A stretch of 64,000 nucleotides of DNA, taken from NCBI GenBank assembly GCA_009602735.1, contig WELA01001210.1:11004-75003 (forward strand), written 5' to 3'. Source of the stretch: Mesotaenium endlicherianum. Taxonomy: Eukaryota. Positions 48,201 to 60,100 of this stretch are shown here, piece after piece. The position numbers and the translations under genes were made by a program. Each line of letters starts with the position of its first letter. Position 1 is the stretch's first letter. The notes beneath the pieces were generated by a model. It had not been told where the DNA came from. It did not search any database and saw only the letters and a list, made by a program, of their open reading frames with translations.

Positions 48201-49939
48201 AGTCTGCCCATCACTGGCTCCTCTCACTTTAACTGTACCTCTGCTCCAACACACTTCAGCTTGATGTCTATTAAGCCAGGACCTGCCTAGCACGAGATCA
48301 TAAAAGCCAGTGTTGAGTACCTCAAATGTAAGCGTTTCAGTTAGAACTGCAATGCCAGAACCTAACTGGACCTCAATAGGCTTGGTTATAACTCCTCCCG
48401 GGATACTTGAGGCATCTCCAAGGAATATTTTTCTATTCCCTTGGGTGACAGTAGGCAGCCTTAGCCGCTTAACTAAGTCCTTGTGGATAAAAGTATGTGA
48501 CGCCCCTCCGTCAACAAATGCCCTCACCTTCCTACCTGCAATCATGCAATGCAGTAGGATAGGGGGGACTGTCTTTTCCTGACTTTCGCATTGTTCTCCT
48601 GACGTAGCAAAGAAATGTTGGACATCAGGTGGAACAAGAGCATCCAGAGTGTGCACTCTCTGGACGTCTATATTGCTGATGGTCTCCTTTATCTGGTTGT
48701 CAGGCATGCATAGTGAATCCAGTTCAGCAGGACCCATAATACCTGCTACGAGGGCAGCTAGTGACGACTCACTATCTCTAGCATCCTCACAGTCAGTAGA
48801 CTGGATTACTGACTGTTGCTTTCTTTTGAAGGCTGGTCTTTTCTCTCGACCTTCGGAAGGTGCTTGACTGGACACTGTTCTTTGTAGTGGCCCAACTGCT
48901 GACAATGGTAGCAAGTGGATTTTGCTGAGGCTGGTCTTGGCTTAGTCCTACCACCACCTCTTCCATAGCCGCCTCGAGAGAAACCACCTCTACCTCTAGA
49001 TTGGATGGCATTATACTCATACTCATATCCATCACCCTGATCATCCTCAGCCCGGTCTTCTTCAATTGCATTGTAGGAACCGTGGGGCTTTTTGACAACC
49101 TTAGACACCAAAGCATTACTCTGGCGCTTGTGATTGAACTGCTGCTGATCCCAGGCATCAGCATCCTGGATCAAGTCAGCCAGTTTCTCATACTTTTTTT
49201 CAGCAAAATGACCAGAGACCTCGGATTTCAAGCTATACCTGAAGTATGCTATTCTATACCGTTCTGGCAAATCTGGCTGCTTCATCATGGTCTCTTGGAT
49301 CTTTTGAGCAAACTCAGCAACCGAAGTGGTCTGCTTCAGTGTCAGGGAGATCATCGCATAGATAGCTTTCTCCTGCTGGTTGATGACATCAAACTTCTTA
49401 TGCAACTTCTCGACAAACTCTACCCACGTAGGGTCACCGAGTTGCCGAGCCTTACGCTCTTCCTTCCAGTAAAGCCACCAGTCTGCGGCACTGCCTTTCA
49501 GTAGCACACCGGTGTGCCTGACCTTCTCGTAATCTTGCAGTTCTGGGTAGTTCTCCAGCCACTGCTCAACATCCGCGAGAAACTTGATCAGGTAATATGT
49601 TCTGTTTCCCTCAGGACCATATTCCTGGGGAGGTTTCAACTTGGGCTTACTAGGCCCTCGGCCACCACCACTAGTGGTTTGAGACCCCAGTTGGTCTCTG
49701 TCCCGCAGTAGGGACATTATGATTCTTTTGTCCTCCTGCTGGGACTGATACATGGTCGCCATTTGCGACTGCATCTGAACGAACAATGCTCCCAAGTCTA
49801 CACTCTGGGGTGGTAGATTAGCAAATGCAGCAGCAGCATTGGCCTCTACTCGCTGAGTAGTGTCCTCAACAGTCCCTCTCGCTCCTGCAGCAGCAATTCC
49901 TGCCGCATTCAGCCGGTCACGTATTTGACCTAGGGGTAC
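42220..49939 (-). mobile_element. Copy A2: 3' LTR 42220-42964, type-A extra ORF, pol, gag; 5' end lost in a gap
   Basis: pol 45022-48830 with a single 1-nt loss in a T run at 45517-45520; gag 48806-49939. Confidence 0.93.
43078..44754 (-). CDS. Extra ORF type A, second intact copy
   Basis: Same length as the A1 ORF, about six amino-acid differences. Confidence 0.85.
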   Translation of the reverse strand: MAPTTQKEDRKRKAEEARRTMEQYQKELAATSLTRREQERVRKQQEAAEEAQRKKDQEAENLRKAEEERQKKQQEEAAAAEEEKRKKIEADRQKSLATYRYTVVGGQNFDNLKEALLAAQEINRLEQTTLLQKEGATALDRYIETHTGVVLYEDYAKMVGYTAEQARYLADDSEDKPVPIPGIVGDQRLIRMVSMRPDSFKDTVFYLTLLPAYNEVERRSWEYLAREAGQQMFSPHWFPCKLRKAEHGPQYYQQPTDWRWMTVTNKKQECDRAQPDDFHYGLDGYLILPPHIAPWDPRLNGCLSNMNAETKEHRRRGRDYFSKGKHAFVKWAKNAGRIDISRLKAKQPPARPKKGRSVDYSMSTREQDDLVDETPTLSEEEDEEAEEEEQGRGEASAAGTQDTQGQVGALLKEPRSGVWNVIPVMATTGPRARSHSPPAQAGEEADLTVLGSRHRQKSPEDRGARRGTRGWARGMPASPSAQGHVPLANVFQHPTGMPVYVGINTQVVEEQATILRSPRGPTLEQTGFFRRPADRPRGLSRSRSRSPSPDPEAPGTTP

Positions 49940-50043
49940 NNNNNNNNNNNNNNNNNNNNNNNNNNNNNNNNNNNNNNNNNNNNNNNNNNNNNNNNNNNNN
50001 NNNNNNNNNNNNNNNNNNNNNNNNNNNNNNNNNNNNNNNNNNN

Positions 50044-50583
50044 GCCACTTGACATCCCTATGGTGGATGGCTATTCGGGATGATGGGAGATGGCGGTGGA
50101 TTTGGTTAACCGAGGTCCTACCAACGTGGTTAACTCCCGAGTAGGCGGTGCCATCGCACTGGCCGTTGAACAGCAAACTCATTCCATGTACATATGCTAG
50201 GCATTGCTCTCGAATTCGGGATTCGGAAACGAGGCCAACTCTCTTGTAAAGCTTACCGAGAGAGATCTGAATCCAAGGCGAGAAGCCATTGATACGCACT
50301 GTCTTCTAACCTTGCTTATGTATGAGTTTACTGATTNGAGAGATCTGAATCCAAGGCGAGAAGCCATTGATACGCACTGTCTTCTAACCTTGCTTATGTA
50401 TGAGTATACTGATTTGCATTATTGATGCTAGTTTACTCGCATTTGACTTACGAGTATTATTCACTGCTAGTGTGTTGTCCTTTGCCGTTTAACCAGTTAA
50501 CGGAAAATACCATAAAGATTACTTGCTGATATGAAGATCTTTATTAATTGTTAATTGCCTATTTGGTAAGTCGATTAATTTCA
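50044..50583 (+). repeat. Plus-orientation LTR end of the main family (no PBS follows)
   Basis: Ends GATTAATTTCA; contains an N-joined ~80-bp duplication near 50260-50420. Confidence 0.9.
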
Positions 50584-50675
50584 CTAACTGTTCCAGATGA
50601 GAATTAAAACTAAAGATGAGGAAAGGGTCAATAATACCAAAACGCACACGTCTTTACCAATAGATGCCACATTCA

Positions 50676-53600
50676 AGAAATGAATTGACTTACTTATAAG
50701 CAGTTAACACTTAATAAAAGACTTAAATATCAGCAAGTTATCTTTATCGTATTTTCCCTCAGAGTGTTCATCACTATCTGGTGGTGCTCAACATGCTCAA
50801 ACTCATTTTAGACAAATTAGGATATTATCAAAATAGACTTGCATAAACTTATCCACCTAAGGTCTGAAAATGTCATTCATAGCACGGTGCATCCATGAAG
50901 GTAGCAGGAGCATCGGTAAGAATGAAAGGCATCACATTACACTCATAATGTCCAAAGATGGTGCGGTCATCAATCTTGTGTTCATTTCCCTCAGCAATTC
51001 TGCTTTGATAATAATCACTCTTAAGATCAACCTTACTAAACATTTTAGCTCCAGACAATGTATCAAGCAAATCCTCAACTCTGGGTGAAGCATATTTGTC
51101 TTTAACAGTGATTCTGTTTAATCCACTCACATTCGTATACTGCCATTATTCTTTTTAATATAAAAGATGGATGCGCCATAAGATGAATCTCCTCTAGTTC
51201 CTTAATTTATGTTTATAACTCTTCACTCTCCTTGCCAAGGAGGGTGACTCCCAGGTACCAGATCAATCTTATGATCTACCTCTCCCTTAGGTGGCAATCT
51301 TGGGGGCATGTTAAAAACATCATCATACTGAGCAACAATTATTCCACCAGTAAGGTGCTGTGAAGGGCTCACCTGTTTCTCAACCACTTCTTCAGGTTGA
51401 GAAGGTACCTCTTTGAGTAGTAGGCTGAACATTTTGTCCTCGTTCTGACAAACTTCGTTGCATTCAGCAACTTACATCCTCTTGGAAGTCTTTCCTTCTC
51501 CTCCATTTGCCATCCATACAAGACAAGAGGAGACACATTGGTGGGTGCTAAGATAGTTTGCTCAGTGCTGGTCCCTCTCACCTTAGCTGTATCTTTGCTT
51601 CAACACACTTTATTTCTATTCAACCAAGGCCTCCCAAGCACGAGATCATATAAGCCACTGTTTAGTATCGCAAATATAAGCATTTTAGTTAGAATTGCAA
51701 TGCCAGAATCTAACTGGACCTCAATAGGCTCGTTTATAATTCCTCCCAGGATACTTGAGGCATCTCCAAGGAATATTCTTCTATTCCCTTGGATGACAGT
51801 AGGCAGCCTTAGCCGCTTAACTAAGTCCTTATGGATGAAAGTATGTGACGCTTCTCTGTCAACAAATACTTTACCTTTTTACTTGCAATCATGCAATACA
51901 ATAGAATAGGAGGGATTGACTCTTCTTGACTCGCATCGTTCTCCTGACTTAGCAAAGAAATGTTGAACATCAAGTGGAACACGGTCATCCAGAGTGTGCA
52001 CTCTTTGGAGATCTATATTGCTGCTGGTCTCCTTAATCTGGTTATCATGCATGCATAGTGAATCTAGTTCAGCAGGGCCCATATTGTAAAGTCATAGGAT
52101 TGTAGAGTGCATTTTTTGTGGTCATTTTGATACAAAATTCATCGAATTTGGTTAGATATTGAGAAAGTTATGGATTTCTAAAGTTTAATTAATTCTAAAG
52201 GTTCGTCGACAACTGTCCTTAATTTGCGGTGAGCGCGACTGTCGAATTGACCGACACTGTCGAGCGATCTAGTCCCTTAGAGTTTATTTGAACTGTCACG
52301 TAATTTTGGCTGACGCGGAGTGCCAACCAGGTCGATTTACCTAGAAGTTTTGAATTAGCCTAGCGCGCCTAAGTTGGTATATTCTAGACATATCGATGCA
52401 TGCATGTGAAAGTCAAATCGGCCCGACACGTAGGATGAGGCTGATCTCGCCTACTCACGCATATTTTGGAAGGGACGATGTGACAAACACTTTGAAATTT
52501 TGTTGCTAAGCGGCCCTCCCTCCTAGGGGCGAGCGGTCGTCGTAGAAATTTATAAAGAGGCATAACTTGTTCGTTTCTCATCAGTTTTCACTTTCTATAG
52601 ATTTCTACGAGTTTGTAATGCCTTTCATTCTGTTCCATTTGTGAGCACTTTCTTGCTACTCAAAATGTTGAGTAATTTTCCTAGGCCTTCTTAGGATATG
52701 CCGCTGCACTCTTTAGTATGATTGCAACTTGTTTGGTTCCTCGTGAGTCACTACGCATCCACTAGGGCACTCTGCCCCTTTCACATATCACCTGCTAAGA
52801 AGGCAGCTAGCGATGACTCACTACCTCTAACATCCTCACAGTCAGTAGACTAGATTATTGACGTTACTGTCTTTTAAAGCTGGTCTTTTCTTTCCACTTT
52901 TGGTAGGAATTTCTTAAGACACTGCTCTGTGTAGTGGCCTCTCTCTACGCAGTGGTAGCAAATCCGATTTGCTGAGGCTGGTCTCGGCTTAGTCCTACCA
53001 CCACCTCTTCCAGAGCCTCCTCGAGAGTACCTACCTCTCCCTCTAGACTGTATAGCATTGTACTCGTACCCCAAGTACTCTTGCTCATCCATCTGATCAT
53101 CCTCATCCTGGTCTCTTCAATGACATTGTAGGAACCATGTGACTTTTTGACAATCTTAGCCACCAGAGCACTACACTGGCGCTTGTGGTTGAACTGCTGC
53201 TGATCCCAAGTATAAGTATCTCGGCTCAAAGCAGCCAGCTTCTTATACTTCTTCTCAGCAAAATGACTTGACACCTCGGACTTCAAGCCAAACCTGAAGT
53301 AAGCTATCATGTACTGCTCTGGCCACGTAGGCTGTTTCATCATGTTCTCTTGAGCATACTCCGCAACTGAATTGGTGTGCTTCAGTGTCAAGGAGATCAT
53401 CGCATAGATAGCTTTCTCCTGCTGATTTATGACATCAAACTTCTCATGCAATTGATTAAGAAACTCTTCTCACGTAGGGTCACCGAGTTGGTTAGATTTT
53501 GTTCTTCCTTATAGAAGAGCCACCAGTCCGCTGCGCTGCCTTTCAGCAAAGCAGCGGTGTGCCCGATTTTCTCAAAATCTTGCATGTCTAGAGAGTTCTC

Positions 53601-55044
53601 CAGCCACTGCTCAACATCACTAAGAAACTTTATTAAGTAATACATTTTGTTCCCCTCAGGGTCATATTCTTGAGGTGGCTTTGGCTTTGGCCTGCTAGAT
53701 CCTCTGCCACCACCAGTAGTGTGAGAACCCACTTGGTCCTTCTCACACAACATTGGCATCATAAGTCTCTTGTCATCTTGTTGGGACTGATACATCATAG
53801 TCATCTGAGATTGTATTTTAGCAAATAGTGCACCCAAATCAACATAGTGAGGTGGCAATCCAGCCATAGCAGCACCAGCAGCATTAGTCGCCCAGCAGCA
53901 GCTTCAGCATTTCCTCTTGCTGTTGCATTAGCAATTCTTGCTCCACTCAACTGTCGATCTATCTGATCGAGAGGTACAGTGGTTGGTTTTGAAGATTGGC
54001 CCTTTCTGCCATAATCTCTTCACCGTTTTGTTGTTCACCAGACGTTGCTTTTTGACATCCGCATTCTGCTCCGCCTTAGCTACTCGTTCAATCTCTATTT
54101 TGATGCGTTGCTCTTCAGCCTGCTTGACTGCTATCCCAGCAATGGCTGTTGCCCCTTCTGCAGCTTCTCTATTGGCTGTATTTGCTAATGCTTCAAAATA
54201 AGTGCGAGGTCCAAATACATGACTCTCGGCCTGTCCTTCAATGTTAGCATCATTCTTGCCCTCCATATTTTGAGAGTTGCTAGTTTGAGACCGCGTCCCT
54301 ACCATACAAAGAAAACTGTGATAAGAGCTCCAATATTACCGAAATGAATCGACTTATCGATAGACAATTAACTATTAATAGAAGATCTTCATTATCAACG
54401 AGTAATCTTCATGGTGTTTTCTGGTTAACTCTAGCATTGCATTGCTCATAAATCATTACAAGTAAACGAGCATCAATCATGCAATCAGTAATCTTATACA
54501 TAAGCAAGGTAAGTCTTTAGAGACAATTCTCGTAATGGCTTCTTGCCTTGGATTCATATATCTTCTCAATCAGCGGTACAGAGAGTTGGCCTCGTTTCCA
54601 AATGCCGAACTCAAAAGCATAACCTACCTATGTACAGGAAATGAGTATACTGTTCAACGGCAAGTGCGATGGCATCGCCTACTCGGGACTTAACCACGCC
54701 GGTAGGACCTTGGCTAACCAAATCCACAACCATCTCCCATCATCCCGATTCCCGAATGGCCATCCCACCCAGGGTGTCATCTAGCCACTTATTTAGCATA
54801 TCACACTTAGATGCATAACTAGGCAGTTCACTGATAACAAGTACGGCAATCAACTGACGTCAAAGAATGTGTCAGCAAGCTGACCAGTAGAAGACTTCAG
54901 CCTGCTGCTCCCAGCTGAGTCATTAAGCTGAATATTACTAACAATCCAGCAGATTTAATATTAACTACAATTTAGCGGACTAAACTTAATTAACTATTAT
55001 GCTTAAATAAATACTACACTATCAATAATAATTGATTCATTACA
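50676..55044 (-). mobile_element. Old diverged relative (F) of the main family
   Basis: 5' LTR 54340-55044, decayed PBS, fragmented gag 54305-52855, PR-RT to ~50758, fused to ~80 bp of LTR end. Confidence 0.88.
52085..52783. mobile_element. Solo LTR of an unrelated family (G) inside F
   Basis: TGTAAAG..CTTTCA ends, TSD CATAT at 52080-52084 and 52784-52788; F sequence resumes on both sides. Confidence 0.85.
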
Positions 55045-55080
55045 CCTGGACGCGAGTCCAGCCTTACACACGTGTTGTCT

Positions 55081-55174
55081 GACAACACATAAGTTCGGTC
55101 AATCTTGACTCCTAGCGACGGGTACACGTGTGACAGCGCATAAGCTCGGTCAATCTTGACTCCCAGCGATGGGT
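55081..55174. repeat. 51-bp tandem duplication
   Basis: cataag(t/c)tcggtcaatcttgactcc(t/c)agcga(c/t)gggt twice. Confidence 0.85.
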
Positions 55175-57137
55175 GGGAATTTGTTACGCAGGTCAGCCGT
55201 GGGCTGCCTTCGACTAGGCTAGCAAGAGCCACGCCAGCAACTGTCGAATCTCGCAAAACTGAAGCGACATGTCCCTGAGCCCATGGCCTATTGGTATCGC
55301 CTCCACGGTGGCACTGGCACAATATGAGACATGGTTTTGAACCCCACGTGAGCGTAGGCACCGACGAAGAGGTTACGCTGTCATGCGCAATGCTTTCACG
55401 GCAAAGCGCATATGACATTTAACTTGGTACAAGTTAGTTTAAGCAATAACTTTGAGGTGAGTGCATGCATGTGCTTGGGTAAGCACGAGCTATGCACACT
55501 TTGCCCTCATTCTCGCTTACATTTTCTCGATTATTGAAGGAAGAAGGAAAAAGGAGGAATAGGAAGGAGAAGGCGCAAAGCTGAAGGAGTTTCCAAGGTC
55601 ACAATGAGCCCGAGAAGGCAAGCTTTTTCCGACGCTTGTAGATCTTCACTTCCATTCTCTCACGTTTGTACTATAAGTTAGAATTGCGGATTTCAAAAAA
55701 ATGATTCCCTCTTTGAAAAGATAGAATCTGCAGGTTAGACCTGCAAGGTGAACTCAGTGTAGAATTAGGACGAACACTACAAGCGTGCGAGAAACACTCG
55801 AAATGGTGAATTTTGTGTTAGTTTCTAACTTTTAGAAGTCTTGAATGTTGAATTGCTGTATGCAAGAGCAGTTTGAGTGAGGAAAATCCTCAGTAAAGAA
55901 TTGAGAAGTCCAACTTGCAGTGAAGAATTGACAGGCACGGCTAAGAGCGAGAGGCTCGGCCAAAGCAACATAAATTTCTGTAAAATCGTGAGTTTAGTAA
56001 GCTTGTATCCTTGAAAATAAAGCGAAAGCGCGTGTGTATGGAATCTTTTTCTTAATCAACAACTTTGATGCGATTTTGTATACTACAAATATTGTCAACT
56101 GTAAACCCATTAACTCAGGCAAAGAGCCAGTTAAGACGTGGATGCGTTTGTCCTTGTAAAAGGATCTGAGCAACAGGTTCTTTTTTGCAAGAATTGTTGT
56201 TAGTCTTTGGAAGAAGGCCAGAATAAGATCAAAGATTGAAGACTTACCCAAGATTTTGCTTGTGCTAGTTTAGGATGACCAGGATGCGGTCAATCAAGTG
56301 CACTTTGTCACCAACACACGTGCGTATGCCGGTAATTGGTGATCAACCAGGTTGAAAACTCAGGTGCAAAGGCCACCGACAAACTGAACAGGTTGAAGGC
56401 AACCTTCACACTTGCATGTGGCATTTACATGGGTAGGCGTGACTGGGTTTTGACACTTGTCACAAGGATTTGTTACACCACCTCACACACTACTTGGTCC
56501 TAGCTGTCGATTCGCTCGAAGGTGCCCGAAGTCTGACTTCGACAGGGTACGATAATTTCCTTCAAAGTAATCTGAAGTAATCTGAAGTAATCCTGTCGAT
56601 TATGGCTGGATTCTGGCATCGTGATGAATTTCGGTGCCTCTCTGGCACTTTCTCAAAATAGTAAGCATGTGATCCACCACAAAGTTCGCCGACGATATTT
56701 GTTCAAGAACAAAGTTTTGTCCCTCTCGGTGCTTTTCTCGTAGCTCGAGTCCGAGTTATACGGAATATTTTCGACAATCGGCGAAGACGCTCGGCGATAA
56801 ATTGGCAGTGATTCAAGTAAAGTGCCAAGTATGCGCAAAGCCAACTTCATGCCCAAAATTAAAGGACTAGAAAAATAAGTGCTCATTTGACCTTTGGCCA
56901 GACTTGCTGTTTCAATTATCATGCTCCACGCTGCTTGCATGATGCCGAACTGTGAGCAACTGCAGGGCCGATCCCCGTTTCCGGGCTGGGTAGGAGCTTA
57001 AATAAAACATTTTAGGTTGCAAGACCTTGAACCAATACATATATATTCTGAGCAGATGTGTGTGAGTTGCCTTCCACCGTGAGCACTTCTGCGCTCCAAA
57101 ACTGTTCGAGCCGTTCTTGATCATAAGCTTCTACGAG

Positions 57138-60100
57138 ATGGGTGCTGCAACAGCTTTGACAGCTTCTTGGACGATGTCCTGCTCCTTCACCAAATGTGGT
57201 ACATTTGCACCAGTCAGTGGCGCTTCTTGTTGTGCCTCACAGGTGAAGAAATTGAGTCCTATACGAACCGGACTTTCAGGCTTTCTTGGGACCAGAGCAG
57301 CCAAGAGGGCTGCACTGACGTCAGGACTTGGAACATTTACTGGACTGGAGGTCGTAGGGGGCCGGGGTTGTCCTGCAGACATAGCATGCAGGCCGTCAAA
57401 GGAGTTTAGCGCTGCAAGTAGTGGGCTTGGGGGACCTTCTCCTAAGTCCATCTCAAAAACTCCAAAAGCTGCTGCCCAGGAGGTGGCAGCACCTCCTGTA
57501 GCGTCAGACGAATCTGAAACGTCGGACTTGGCAGTAGGGGACGATTCAGAGGCGACGATCAAGTGGGCGCAGAACTGGTATCCCGTGTCACCCGTCATTG
57601 ACATGGACCCTGCCGTACCTTATCCCTTTGAGGTACATGCAGGCCCTGTTCACACTGGGGCTCTTCACCCCCTCCACTTCTGTTCCCACATCGCCTTTAC
57701 TTGCTCCTAATGTTTCTGTGTTCTCTCGTGGCCTTTGACCTCCCCTGGTTCTGTTCACACTGTGAGCTTTGACTTCATTTCTGCCCATAATCTAGACCCC
57801 TCTCCAAGTCTGTTGACTCGGTGACCTTTGACCCCCTCCTGGCCTTTTTACACGTGTCTTTTGACTTCCTCCTCTTCGCACCGGGCATTCGACTCCCTGC
57901 TGCTCAGTCCACAGACGACCCTTGACTTCCTCCTCTTCGGTTCACATGCGAGCCTGCTCTTGCTTGAGAGCCTGTGCCTAGCTTTTTTTGGGCGCCACTT
58001 GGCACCTAGTGTTCTTTTCTTGCTTTTCAGCTGTCCAGCTGTTCAGCTGTTGCGCAGAGATTCTCAGGGATCCAATATTCTTCTATTCACATGCTTCCAT
58101 TCTCCTTTGTATTCTCTCTGAGTCAGCAGGGTGCTGCTGAGGCCTCTGTCGTTGGACTCCTCGAAAAATAGCCGAAGCTCTCTTTCAAGAAGAGAGTGCG
58201 TGCGTGCGTGTGTGCATGCGTGCGTGCGTGCATGCATTTGTGTGTGCATGTATTCGTGCATGTGTGCGTGAGCGTGTCAAGCTGTGAATGTGTGTGTGCG
58301 TGCGCCTGTTGCGCGTTCGTGTGCCTGTGGGTCTGTGTGTATGTGTGCGCAAGCGTGTGTTCGTGCGTGTGTCCATGTGCCTGTGCGTGCGCGCATGTGT
58401 ATGTGTATGTGCGCACACGTATATGTGTGTGTGTCTGTATGTGTCCATGCCCCTCACATGCGCGCGTACGTGCGAGCGCACGCGTGCAGATCCTAGGGAG
58501 GAAGGTGGTGTTCTGGTACAGCCCCAAGGAGCAGAAGTGGAGCTGCGTGGACGACCGCTGCCCCCACCGGCTGGCGCCGCTCTCGGAGGGCCGCGTGGAC
58601 CCCGCCAGCAGCACCCTGCAGTGCAGCTACCACGCCTGGAGCTTTCGCAGCGATGGCTCCTGTGCCAGCATCCCGCAGCTTGCCGATGCTGCCTCCGCGC
58701 TCGGTGGGTGCTCTCTCCCTATCCCCCCCTCTCCCTCTCTCTGCCCCCCTTGCCGTTCTGCTCGCCCAATCCCAATACTCAACCTGATTTTCATCCAAGC
58801 CTTATCCCGAGCCTGATTAAGGCTTCGATACCGAGCCTGATCACGAACTGTGAACGTCTGTTTTGCGATGTCCCGTAGGGACGTACTTTTCCATCCTCGA
58901 TCTAGACAGGTCACTAGGCGCTTCATTAGTCCCGGAAGGAAGAAAGTGTGTGACTTTCTCTGCCACCTGCAACCTGGTTTTTTCGAGTAGTTCTGACTTG
59001 GGAACATCAAAGGATTTTAAACCTATGTAGAGTGGAGCAGTCATTAATACTTTTTTTTTCTGTTTTATAGGATTTGGCCGAAAGAGGCCAACAGGGGGAG
59101 CAGAACAAAACGGAGGCCCCCCCGCCCAATGCGGCCCTCCAGGACCTCTGAATTTTTTTTTGTTGGGGGGCACGGGAGGGGGGCGGGGCTCCCCCGAAAG
59201 TATGTTTCTTTTTCCCCTTTGGGCCGGCATAAGGCAGAGGTGCCGGAGGGCCCGAAGGAGCACAGGGTGGGGGGTGTCGGGGAAATAGACATTTATTTGC
59301 GAGGGGGAGTAGAGAAGTGGGGTGAAAGTGATCAAACATATAATACCAGGCTCTGGCAAAGCCATGCTTTGCCAGAGTATCACTCAACACATGCTTAGTT
59401 TTCTAGAAATCTACTATCTGTCTACCTCTCCAAACACAATATCTTGAGTACCTATAATAGTCACTACGTCTGCCAACATATGATGTTTAGACATAAAATC
59501 AAGCCCCTGTGAATGCGCAAAGCCAGGAGCTCGAATTATGCAACGATAAGGACGATTAGTACCACTACTTACCAGACATACACCAAATTCTCCTATAGGT
59601 GCTTCTACAGCAGTATATGTAGAAGAAGCAGGTACAGATACGCCTTCTGTGTATGATTTAAATAGAGCGACAAAAATGCACAGAAACGGTGTTTGTGTTG
59701 CAGGAATGACACATTCCATCCAGTCTGAGACGAGCCTGATTACGGTCCCGAGCTTGATCGCAAGCCTGAGTGTGGCTATGATACCGAACCTGATCCCGCT
59801 CTTGAGTCTTGATCCCGACCCTGATCCCGACCCTAGCTTAAATCCAGGCCTGGCCTCATCGTGTGTCACGATCCCGACCTTGATCTGCTGGCGTCGTTCC
59901 CCTACCAGACCCCGTTTTCTGATCCCGAACCTGATCCTGATCTCAGGGGACCTCTCCTCCCCTCAATCATGCCCGCACGTCGCAATTTGAGGTTCAAAGT
60001 TCTGTTTCTTTATTTCTTTTTTTCCCCTTGCGTATGGTGTGGCTTCACCCGTTCTTTACGGCCCCACCCTCGCAGCTCTGAGCGTGCAAGCTGTGGGGAA

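Noticed and set aside
48806..50299. 497-aa LTR-ORF/Gag fusion in the ORF track
   Set aside because: Created by translating through the N gap.
55045..56900. Possible further LTR or transposon end, including aagtaatctg x3 near 56565
   Set aside because: No paired ends, TSD or coding remnant that I could support.
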